From: an uncultured Erysipelotrichia bacterium
GTDB lineage: Bacteria; Bacillota_I; Bacilli_A; CAYWJS01
Direction of reading: 5' to 3'
DNA length: 64,000 bases
NCBI GenBank assembly: GCA_964458855.1
Contig: CAYWJS010000001.1
Span: forward strand, 170,927-234,926
Part shown: positions 1 to 10,967 of the stretch, piece after piece
Numbering within the stretch: the stretch's first letter is position 1
How the letters are laid out: every line of letters starts with the position of its first letter
Notes under the pieces: model-generated
Databases searched by the model: none
Told to the model about the DNA's origin: nothing
What the model saw: only the letters and a program-made list of their open reading frames with translations
Translations under genes and position numbers: made by a program

Positions 1-1163
1 ATCACAATGTAAGAAAAGAAAGTGAAGCTGAATTTGAATTTGTAAAAAAATATTGTGAGGATCGTAATATTCCTTTTGAAGGAATGAAAATTAAAGAGTA
101 TACTCCAGGTAATTTTCAAGATACAGCACGAAAGATTAGATACAAGTTTTTTGAAGATGTAGTAAAAAGATATAAAGCAAAATATCTTGCAACAGCTCAT
201 CATGGTGATGACCTAATTGAAACAATTATGATGAATATTGTAAGAGGGTCAGACTTAAAAGGATATGCTGGATTTAGAAGTGTTGTTGAAAAAGAAGGAT
301 ATAAAATTATTCGTCCTTTAATTTATTTTTCAAAAGAGGAAATTTATTCTTATATAGATAAATATAAAATTCCTTATGTTATTGATGAGAGCAATGCAAA
401 AGATATTTATACAAGAAATAGATATCGAAAGGAACTGTTACCTTTTTTAAAAAAAGAAGAAAAAAATGTACATGAGAAATTTTTACGTTTTAGTGAAACA
501 CTTCTTGAGTATGAAGCATATTTACAAACGAAAGCTTTAGAAGTATTAAAAAGGGTGTATGTTAACGAAAACTTAGATATAAAAGAGTTTTTAAAAGAGG
601 ATGTTGTAATCCAAAAGAAAGTTTTATATATAATTTTAAGTATGAAAAATGAAGAAATAGTAAATAAGATTACTAATAAACATATTGATTCTTTGCTGGA
701 GCTAGCTAGTAGTAAACGTGCAAATGCGTATGTTATGCTACCTTTTGTAACTGTAAGGAAAGTTTATGATAAAATAGTTTTTGATTCTAAAGATAAAGAT
801 GATATTGAATACAATTATGAATTAGGAAATAAAATAAAAATAGTTAATGGTAAAACAATTGAGATGGTTGATGTTGCACCTGACAATAGTAATAATACAT
901 TAACTCTTCTGCGCGAAGAGATTTCCTTTCCTCTATATGTTAGAACAAGAAAAGAAGGGGATCGAATAAAGGTAAAAGGAATGGATGGGACTAAAAAAGT
1001 AAAAGATATTTTTATTGATGAAAAAATTTTGCTAAAAGAAAGAGAGAGTTGGCCAATAGTTGTGGACAGTAGCGGAAATATTCTTTGGATTCCCGGACTT
1101 AAAAAGTCTTGCTTTGATAAAGGTAAAAATGGAAAATATAATGTTGTTTTAATTTATTATTAA
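1..1163 (+). CDS. tilS: tRNA(Ile)-lysidine synthase TilS, 5' end outside window
   Basis: The frame is open from the window edge (codons from nt 3: HNVRKESEAEFEFVKKYCEDRNIPFEG...), so the PP-loop N-terminus is missing. It has the TilS-typical HHGDDLIET motif and a C-terminal GDRI..G..GTKKVKDIFID...ILWIPG tail. Confidence 0.85.
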   Translation, partial: HNVRKESEAEFEFVKKYCEDRNIPFEGMKIKEYTPGNFQDTARKIRYKFFEDVVKRYKAKYLATAHHGDDLIETIMMNIVRGSDLKGYAGFRSVVEKEGYKIIRPLIYFSKEEIYSYIDKYKIPYVIDESNAKDIYTRNRYRKELLPFLKKEEKNVHEKFLRFSETLLEYEAYLQTKALEVLKRVYVNENLDIKEFLKEDVVIQKKVLYIILSMKNEEIVNKITNKHIDSLLELASSKRANAYVMLPFVTVRKVYDKIVFDSKDKDDIEYNYELGNKIKIVNGKTIEMVDVAPDNSNNTLTLLREEISFPLYVRTRKEGDRIKVKGMDGTKKVKDIFIDEKILLKERESWPIVVDSSGNILWIPGLKKSCFDKGKNGKYNVVLIYY

Positions 1164-1204
1164 CGCTATAATAAAAGATGCTGAAATTTGAAGAGGTGAA
1201 AATA

Positions 1205-3154
1205 ATGAAAGAAAAAGTTAAGAAAAGTATGTTTTCATACTTAATTGTATTAATAATACTTTTTGGTGTGTATTATTTTTATCAGCAAAGCACACAAAAA
1301 GTTAATAAATTAAGTTATACAGAACTTATAAATAACCTTCCAAAGGTAGTGGAGGTTCATATAACACCAGATACTGCGGGTCAAATTTATCGAATAACAG
1401 GGAAAATGGAAGGTTATGCTAAAAAAGAGATATTTTTTGTTAAGGCAGCAACAGAAAAAAGTATTGATGATATAGTAGCTGCTTCAGAAGAATATGATTT
1501 TAAAGTTATAATTAATGAAGATCCAACGTCTAATTCAATTCTTAATTTAATTATAAATTTACTGCCAACAGCAATTTTTATGATTTTTGTTATTATGATG
1601 CTTTCAAGACTTACAAAATCATCAGGAGGGGCAGGAAAGATATTAGATTTTGGAAAAAGCAAAGCAATACTACAGGATACAAGAGGAAAAATAACTTATG
1701 ATGATGTTGCAGGTCTTACTGAAGAAAAAGAAGAATTAAAAGAAATTGTTGAGTTTCTAAAAAATCCGAAGAAGTTTCAAGCAATGGGGGCACGAATTCC
1801 AAAAGGATTGCTTTTAGTGGGACCTCCAGGAACAGGTAAAACTCTTCTTGCAAGAGCTGTTGCAGGAGAGGCTAAGGTTCCATTTTATTCAATTAGTGGT
1901 TCTGACTTTGTTGAAATGTATGTAGGTGTTGGGGCTAGTCGTGTTCGTGATATGTTTAGAGAGGCAAAGAAAAACGCACCATGCTTAATTTTTATTGATG
2001 AAATAGATGCAGTTGGTCGTCAACGTGGAACAGGTCTTGGTGGTGGCCATGATGAAAGAGAACAAACTTTGAATCAACTTCTTGTTGAAATGGATGGATT
2101 TAGTCAAAATGAAGGAATTATAATTATTGCAGCAACGAACAGACCTGATGTTTTAGATCCGGCGCTTCTTCGTCCAGGAAGATTTGACCGCCAAGTATAT
2201 GTAAGTCTTCCTGATGTTAAGGGACGCGAAGAGATTCTTCAAGTTCATGCGCGAAACAAAAACCTTGCACCAGAAGTTAATTTAAAAAATGTTGCAAAAA
2301 GAACACCAGGGTTTAGTGGTGCTGATTTAGAGAACTTGCTTAATGAAGCAGCCCTTCTTGCTGTTCGTCAAAATAAAAAAGCAATCGATATGAAAGATAT
2401 TGATGAAGCGGCAGATAGGGTTCTTATGGGGCCTGCTAAAAAGAGCAAAAAATACACAGAAAAAGAAAAACGTTTAGTAGCATATCATGAGGCAGGACAC
2501 GCAGTACTTGGACTTAAACTTTCAGATGCAAATGTTGTGCACAAAGTAACAATTATTCCTCGTGGTATGGCAGGTGGATATTCTATGATGCTACCCAAAG
2601 AGGATAAATATTTTGCAACTAAGAAAGAGCTACTTGATCAAATTACAAGTCTTTTAGGAGGACGTGCAGCAGAAGAAATAGTTTTCAATGAAAGCTCAAC
2701 AGGTGCTCATAATGATTTTGAGCGAGCAACAAAAATTGCTCGGGCAATGGTTACTGAATACGGAATGAGTGATTTAGGACCAATTCAATTAGAGCATCAA
2801 GAATCAAGTGTCTTTTTAGGACGTGATTATCAAAAAAGTAGAAACTTTTCAGATCAGGTGGCATTAGAAATTGATAAAGAAGTAAGAAAAATAATTAATA
2901 ATTGTTATGCTAAGGCAAAGAAAATTATAAATGAAAATAAAAAATTATTAGATTTGATTGCTGAGACTCTTCTTGAACAAGAAACTTTAACAAAAGAAGA
3001 AATTGAACATCTAGCAAAATATGGTTTATTAAACGGAGTTAATGATTTAAATCTAAAAACTGTGAAAGAATTAAAAGATTTAGCCAAAAGTAAAAAGATT
3101 AAAGGTTATTCTAAAATGACAAAAGAAGAGTTAATAGAAGCAATAAAAAAGTAG
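1205..3154 (+). CDS. ftsH: ATP-dependent zinc metalloprotease FtsH
   Basis: It has an N-terminal TM pair, Walker A GPPGTGKT, Walker B LIFIDEID and the zinc motif HEAGH. I moved the start to ATG 1205 behind GAGGTG (track start 1178). It has an extra C-terminal [27 protein letters not shown] tail. Confidence 0.95.
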   Translation: MKEKVKKSMFSYLIVLIILFGVYYFYQQSTQKVNKLSYTELINNLPKVVEVHITPDTAGQIYRITGKMEGYAKKEIFFVKAATEKSIDDIVAASEEYDFKVIINEDPTSNSILNLIINLLPTAIFMIFVIMMLSRLTKSSGGAGKILDFGKSKAILQDTRGKITYDDVAGLTEEKEELKEIVEFLKNPKKFQAMGARIPKGLLLVGPPGTGKTLLARAVAGEAKVPFYSISGSDFVEMYVGVGASRVRDMFREAKKNAPCLIFIDEIDAVGRQRGTGLGGGHDEREQTLNQLLVEMDGFSQNEGIIIIAATNRPDVLDPALLRPGRFDRQVYVSLPDVKGREEILQVHARNKNLAPEVNLKNVAKRTPGFSGADLENLLNEAALLAVRQNKKAIDMKDIDEAADRVLMGPAKKSKKYTEKEKRLVAYHEAGHAVLGLKLSDANVVHKVTIIPRGMAGGYSMMLPKEDKYFATKKELLDQITSLLGGRAAEEIVFNESSTGAHNDFERATKIARAMVTEYGMSDLGPIQLEHQESSVFLGRDYQKSRNFSDQVALEIDKEVRKIINNCYAKAKKIINENKKLLDLIAETLLEQETLTKEEIEHLAKYGLLNGVNDLNLKTVKELKDLAKSKKIKGYSKMTKEELIEAIKK

Positions 3155-3170
3155 CAACAGCTACTTTTTT
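3146..3170 (+). terminator. Intrinsic terminator after ftsH
   Basis: Hairpin aaaaaGTAGC-aaca-GCTACtttttt overlapping the ftsH stop codon. Confidence 0.7.
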
Positions 3171-3176
3171 CACTAA

Positions 3177-4042
3177 GGAGGAAAAAAGGAAGATAAATTA
3201 ATAAAAGCATTAGCATTTAACAAAGAAGTTAGAATCTATCTTGCAATAACTACAAAGCTTGTGGATAAGGCAATAAAAATTCATGATACTTATCCAGTTG
3301 TAACTGCTGCTTTTGGTCGTAGTATGACTGGTGGTCTTTTGATGGGGTCAATGTTGAAAGAAGAAGAGCGCTTGTCTTTGCAAATTAATGGTAGTGGTGA
3401 GATTGGAAAAATTATTGTTAATGTGGATGCAAAAGGTAATATAAATGGTTATATAATAAATCCTTATGTTGAATTAAAGTTAAAGGATGGGAAGTTAGAT
3501 GTTGGAAAAGATGGTACTTTAAAAGTTATTAAAGATTTAAATTTAAAAGAACCATGGATTGGTGAAGTGCCTCTTCAAACAGGTGAAATTGCTGAGGACT
3601 TAACTTATTATTTTGCTGTTAGTGAGCAAATCCCAACAGCAGTAAGTCTTGGTGTTTTAGTTGAAGAGGATGGTAGTGTTAAAGCTAGTGGTGGTTTTAT
3701 TATTCAACTTCTTCCAAATGCAAGCGAGACTTTAATCTCTAAAGTAGAAAACTTGATAAAAAAATACACCACCAATTTCTTCTTTAATTTTTTAAAAGAA
3801 AAAACAGAAGAAATCTTAAAAGAAATTTTAGGTAAAAATGATTATATGATAATTGAAGAAAAAAATATCAATGTGATTGTTCAAAAGAGCGATACTTAAG
3901 AGGAATATTGAGCTTGGGTAAAGAAAAATTAACAAATATTTTAAAAGAAAGTGATAAAGAAATTGAAATAGTATGTAATTTTTGTAAGGAAAAATATATT
4001 TATACGAAAGATGAAATTGAAAAACTTATAAAGAACCAATAG
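3177..4042 (+). pseudogene. hslO: Hsp33 redox chaperone HslO, disrupted (no canonical start; frameshift separates the Zn-centre domain)
   Basis: The conserved N-terminal strand DKLIKALAFNKEVRIYLAITTKLV is encoded at 3192-3260, upstream of the first start codon (GTG 3261). No ATG/GTG/TTG lies between the AAGGAGG site (3175-3181) and that point. The main frame stops at 3897-3899. The Zn-binding C-terminus (KYQCDCSKERYLRGILSLGKEKL...VCNFCKEKYIYTKDEIEKL) is in the -1 frame, joined at an A7 run (3859-3865). Confidence 0.75.
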
Positions 4043-4051
4043 GTGGTAGAA

Positions 4052-6563
<2,512 letters not shown>

Positions 6564-6572
6564 AATTTTTAT

Positions 6573-6601
6573 TTGACAAAAATGTAAAAAAAGTGTAAAA
6601 T
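6573..6601 (+). promoter_or_regulatory. SigA-type promoter for the 6624-8260 gene pair
   Basis: TTGACA (6573-6578), 17-nt spacer, TAAAAT (6596-6601). Confidence 0.5.
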
Positions 6602-6623
6602 ATATATTATCTGAGGTGATAAT

Positions 6624-7478
6624 ATGCCAAGAAAAGGTGAAGGAAAATATTCATCAAAATTAAATTGTGTTGATGAATATTTAACTGGAACATATGAAGC
6701 TGCTTTAGTGGTATTTCATAAGCCAAGCTACCAATATATAATGTATGCATACAATAACACTCCTAAAGAAATCAAATATATTAATGATTATATTAGGGCA
6801 ATAAAAAATAGTAGTGCTAATAAAGGAATGGAAGTTGTTGGGATAATTAATGAAAAAAGCAAAGTGTTACCAGCACGTTGGCTTTATTTATATTTGTTAG
6901 AAGCTAATTATCGTTTCAGGAAAAAACATGTTAAAAAGTTTTATGAAAGCTACGAAAGATTTTATGCTAAAAAAGAACAGATTGAAAGAAGACTAAAAAA
7001 ATTAAATCAAAAAATAGATGAAATTTATGAAAATCTAAGTGATGATTTAAAAGAAGAATTTTATACTAAAGCATTATATATAAAATGGGAAAAAGAGGAT
7101 TTAATAGATTTTGAATTAACTGGTAAAGAAATAGAAATTATGCCTTGTTTTCTAAAACGAAGTAATGATAAATTTAGAAAAAAAATTAAAGAAGGAATAA
7201 TGCCTTATTTAGGTGATGTTGCAGGGCAAAACTTTACTGATGAAGAATTAGAAAATGAGATTAAGGAACTTACTGAGAAAAATGAAATTTTAGAAACACA
7301 AATTAAAAATTACAAAGCCATTTATAATGTTCAATACAATGTTAAAACAGAAATTTTTTTAAGAGAAAATAGGAACTTGGTAGAAGAAGTATTAAAAGAT
7401 AAAAATAGTTTAGTAAAAGAGTATAAAGATAAAACTTTCAAGAAAGAACAAACCTTAGAAAAACAGTTACAACTTTAA
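6624..7478 (+). CDS. Hypothetical protein, tandem paralog A (globular N-domain plus K/E-rich coiled-coil tail)
   Basis: GAGGTG ribosome-binding site (RBS). The N-terminal ~95 aa align by eye with the next ORF (KLNCVDEYLTGTYEAALVVFHK..YIMYAYNNTPKEI vs KLRAVDENLKGNFDYGLLVFDK..FFMYAYKNNPAEI). Confidence 0.7.
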   Translation: MPRKGEGKYSSKLNCVDEYLTGTYEAALVVFHKPSYQYIMYAYNNTPKEIKYINDYIRAIKNSSANKGMEVVGIINEKSKVLPARWLYLYLLEANYRFRKKHVKKFYESYERFYAKKEQIERRLKKLNQKIDEIYENLSDDLKEEFYTKALYIKWEKEDLIDFELTGKEIEIMPCFLKRSNDKFRKKIKEGIMPYLGDVAGQNFTDEELENEIKELTEKNEILETQIKNYKAIYNVQYNVKTEIFLRENRNLVEEVLKDKNSLVKEYKDKTFKKEQTLEKQLQL

Positions 7479-7489
7479 GAGGTGATATT

Positions 7490-8260
7490 ATGCAAAAGGT
7501 TAAAACACTTGCTCGTAAATTGCGTGCTGTTGATGAAAACTTGAAAGGAAACTTTGATTATGGCCTATTAGTTTTTGATAAAAGAAAACAAGAGTTTTTT
7601 ATGTATGCATATAAAAATAACCCAGCAGAAATTACTAATATAAATAATTACAAATATTTAATCAGAAAAGGAGACCCCAAATGGGGGCTTATTGTCGTTG
7701 GAGAAATTGGTGATGGAAAGAAACCTCTTAATGGGCGTTTAATGTATTTAACATTTACATATAAGAACTATTATTATTTAAAATTTTATCATTTAGATTA
7801 TTATAAAAAATGCAAAGAATATAATTTAAGAAATGAAAAACTTAAGCAAAAAATTGAAGTTTTAAGTAATGAAGAAAAAAAAGAATATTTACTAAAAGAA
7901 AAAGAGCTATATAAGGAATTTACTGAAAATATGAAAATTATAAATATAATTAATGTAGTTGAATATAAAAAATATTTACAAATGAAAAGCTTTGAGAAAG
8001 TTTTAAATAATATGCAAAAAATTTGTGAATATAATCCGCCTGAAGGAAAACAGTTAAATAAAATTATTGCTCAAAAAGAAGAAAAGTTAAAAAAGATAAT
8101 TGAAGAAATAAATAGTTATAAAAATAATATTTCTGAAAAGTATAATGTTTATAATGATTTTATAATTGATCGTAAATTAGAATTATTAGAGAAAAAGGAA
8201 AAATTATTGGAGTATAATAACAAAAAAGAAAAGACATATGAAAAAGGAATAGAACATTAA
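7490..8260 (+). CDS. Hypothetical protein, tandem paralog B
   Basis: GAGGTG RBS. Same architecture as 6624..7478. No recognisable catalytic motif. Confidence 0.7.
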   Translation: MQKVKTLARKLRAVDENLKGNFDYGLLVFDKRKQEFFMYAYKNNPAEITNINNYKYLIRKGDPKWGLIVVGEIGDGKKPLNGRLMYLTFTYKNYYYLKFYHLDYYKKCKEYNLRNEKLKQKIEVLSNEEKKEYLLKEKELYKEFTENMKIINIINVVEYKKYLQMKSFEKVLNNMQKICEYNPPEGKQLNKIIAQKEEKLKKIIEEINSYKNNISEKYNVYNDFIIDRKLELLEKKEKLLEYNNKKEKTYEKGIEH

Positions 8261-8277
8261 GTTCTATTCCTTTTTTT
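8241..8277. terminator. Bidirectional terminator between paralog B and nrdJ
   Basis: GGAATAGAAC-attaa-GTTCTATTCC flanked by an A-run and a T-run. Confidence 0.75.
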
Positions 8278-10792
8278 ATACCTCACATTTTAATTGAGCA
8301 CCACAGTTTGAGCAAGTATTGCATCCGCCTGAATCAACAACTTCTCCTTCGTTACAAATTGGACATAGATCACCAATTTTTGTTCCAATATTTTTTCCGT
8401 GTTTTGTTCGTTCAGGATTTACATTTTCAAGTTGATCATAGTTATGTTCTTCCACCTTAATTTCAAGTTTTAGTTGTTCTTCTTGTTTTTCATCTTTAGT
8501 TAATGTTAAAACTTGAGCATCACGTGATCCATCAACATAAACTGTTCCACCTTTTGCTCCCCCTTTATAAAGACGCTCATATACTCTTGCAACTTCTTCA
8601 ACAGTATATCCTTTAGGGGCATTAACTGTTTTAGAAATTGATGAGTCAACCCACCTTTGGATAATACATTGAATGTCAGCGTGTTCCTCAGGTTTAAGAT
8701 CCATAGCACTTACAAAAATATTTGGAAGTGTTTCTTCTGTATATTCTGGATGGCATTTTAACCACTCATCAACAATTTTAGCATTTACTTCAATAAACTT
8801 ACCCAATCTTCCGCTTCGGTAATATTTAAATGAATAGTATGGTTCAAGTCCAGTTGAAACACCAACCATTGTTCCGGTTGAACCAGTTGGAGCAATAGTT
8901 AGAAGGTGTGAGTTTCTAATACCGTAGTGTAGGATATCATCTTTTATTTCTTCTGGCATATTTTTCATATATCCTGTTTGAATAAATTTATCGCGATCTG
9001 TTAAGAAAGGAAATGCGCCTTTTTCTTTTGCAAGTTGAATACTAGTTTTATAAGCAGTAGTAGCAATTGTTTTCATAATTCTATTTACAAGCTCATTACC
9101 AGATGCAGAACCATACCTTTTTCCTGCCCAAATTAAAAGGTCGTGTAGTCCCATAATTCCCATTCCAATTCGACGTTCTCCAAGGGCTTGAATTTTATTT
9201 TCTTCTAGGAAGTATGGTGTTGCATCAATAACATTATCTTGCATTCTTACTCCAACTTGAACAGTGTATTCAAGTTCAGACCATTTAACTTTTCCATTTT
9301 GTTTATCTATCATATTTGCAAGGTTAATTGCTGCAAGATTACATACTGAGTAAGGTGCAAGTGGTTGCTCTCCACAAGGATTTGTGGCAACTACTTTTTG
9401 GCCATATGCTTTTGCATTCGTCATATCGTTTGCATTGTCGATAAAGAAAATTCCAGGCTCTCCTGAGTAAGTTGCGCAAATATTAATTAATTGCCAAAGC
9501 TCACGAGCCTTAATTGTGTAATAAACTTTTACTGGATATCCTAATGCTTCCCACTCTCGGACATCTCCTATTTCGTGCCAATGTTTATCATAAAATTCTT
9601 TTTCTTCTTTTGTAAGGCGATCTAAATCAGGAAACTTTAAATCAAAATCTAAATCTTTTTCAACAGCTTCCATAAATTCATGTGTTAAATTAACGGAAAT
9701 ATTTGCTCCTGATAAAAACTCAATATTATTAACGGTATATGTTCCACCTTGGGCAAGTTTTTCTTTTGCAATTGCAACCATATGAGGTGGAAATTCAGCA
9801 TTAAGTTCATTCTTTACTATAGTTTCATATAACTCTCTATCACTTTCTGATAGTGGTTCAAATTTTAATTTATTTTTTGCTTCATTAATAATTTTTTCAT
9901 TAGTTGATGTTTCAATTAAAAAATGAAGAATTTTTGGATTTTGCATTTTTGAAATTATAAACTCAATAATATCAGGATGCCAAATAGAAAGCATAATCAT
10001 TTGTGCACCGCGTCGTGATCCACCTTGTTCTACTAAGTGCGTAAGTTGTGATAGATCATGTAACCAACTTACTGCACCACTACTACGCCCTCCTACACTT
10101 TTTGCGCGTGCATGTTTTGGCCTTAGAGTTGAACCATTAGTTCCAACTCCACCACCACGTGACATAATTTCCATAACTTTTTTTCTATGTTCAGCAATAC
10201 CTTCGCGTGAATCTTCAATAAAAGGCATTACAAAGCAATTAAAGTAAGTAACAAGAGAATCACTTCCTGCACCGTATAAAACACGTCCAGCAGGAACAAA
10301 GTTCATTTTTCTTAATTGGTCATAAAATTTTTTAAACCAAATATTTCGTAGTTCTTCGCTTTTTTCGACTCTGCTAAGATTATATGCAACCCTTTTTGCA
10401 ATCTGTTCATAATATAATTCGAGGGGCTTTTCAATTTCATCAAGTTCTCTTTTAATAAGTCCAGTTTTATATTCTTCTGGATCTTCTAAAGCATTTCGGA
10501 ACTCTTTTATAATTTCGATAATTGCTTCTCTTTTTGATTTATTAATTTTTCTTACATAACCTAAACCACGAGTTGGAAACTTTGGATCATATTTTACGAT
10601 TGTAATGACTAAATCTCCCTCTGTTAAAGATACTAAGTCTTTATCTTTTTGGCTGTAACGATCAATCATTACAAGTCTTGATACTCCATCATGTGTTATT
10701 TTCATATCAGATGTAATAGGAAATAAGTGCGGAAAATAATTTTTAATATCCTCATTTAATTTTTTAATATATGCTTTAGTATATGTTGCCAT
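8276..10792 (-). CDS. nrdJ: Adenosylcobalamin-dependent (class II) ribonucleotide reductase
   Basis: Motifs TNPCGEQPL, SISKTVN and long RNR barrel similarity. The C-terminal tail is Cys-rich: CPICNEGEVVDSGGCNTCSNCG. I moved the start to ATG 10792 (MATYTKAY) behind GGGAGGTG (track start 10882). Confidence 0.9.
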   Translation of the reverse strand: MATYTKAYIKKLNEDIKNYFPHLFPITSDMKITHDGVSRLVMIDRYSQKDKDLVSLTEGDLVITIVKYDPKFPTRGLGYVRKINKSKREAIIEIIKEFRNALEDPEEYKTGLIKRELDEIEKPLELYYEQIAKRVAYNLSRVEKSEELRNIWFKKFYDQLRKMNFVPAGRVLYGAGSDSLVTYFNCFVMPFIEDSREGIAEHRKKVMEIMSRGGGVGTNGSTLRPKHARAKSVGGRSSGAVSWLHDLSQLTHLVEQGGSRRGAQMIMLSIWHPDIIEFIISKMQNPKILHFLIETSTNEKIINEAKNKLKFEPLSESDRELYETIVKNELNAEFPPHMVAIAKEKLAQGGTYTVNNIEFLSGANISVNLTHEFMEAVEKDLDFDLKFPDLDRLTKEEKEFYDKHWHEIGDVREWEALGYPVKVYYTIKARELWQLINICATYSGEPGIFFIDNANDMTNAKAYGQKVVATNPCGEQPLAPYSVCNLAAINLANMIDKQNGKVKWSELEYTVQVGVRMQDNVIDATPYFLEENKIQALGERRIGMGIMGLHDLLIWAGKRYGSASGNELVNRIMKTIATTAYKTSIQLAKEKGAFPFLTDRDKFIQTGYMKNMPEEIKDDILHYGIRNSHLLTIAPTGSTGTMVGVSTGLEPYYSFKYYRSGRLGKFIEVNAKIVDEWLKCHPEYTEETLPNIFVSAMDLKPEEHADIQCIIQRWVDSSISKTVNAPKGYTVEEVARVYERLYKGGAKGGTVYVDGSRDAQVLTLTKDEKQEEQLKLEIKVEEHNYDQLENVNPERTKHGKNIGTKIGDLCPICNEGEVVDSGGCNTCSNCGAQLKCEV

Positions 10793-10967
10793 AATAAAAA
10801 CACCTCCCGAATTTTTGATTAAACTATTTTCATTATCTGACATTTTTTTTGAAAATTCAATGAGATTTTTAAATAATGTCAAAATTTATTTTAAATTGAT
10901 TATTAATAACTTTATAAAGATTTGGATATTGGCATAAAATAAGGTATGAAAGGAGGGCTTTTGCAAT

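Noticed and set aside
10793-10967. Looked for a cobalamin riboswitch or NrdR boxes upstream of nrdJ, and for a CtsR operator upstream of clpC
   Set aside because: I could not see a B12-box-like or NrdR-box-like sequence. Only a single GTCAAA heptad is present rather than the tandem CtsR repeat.
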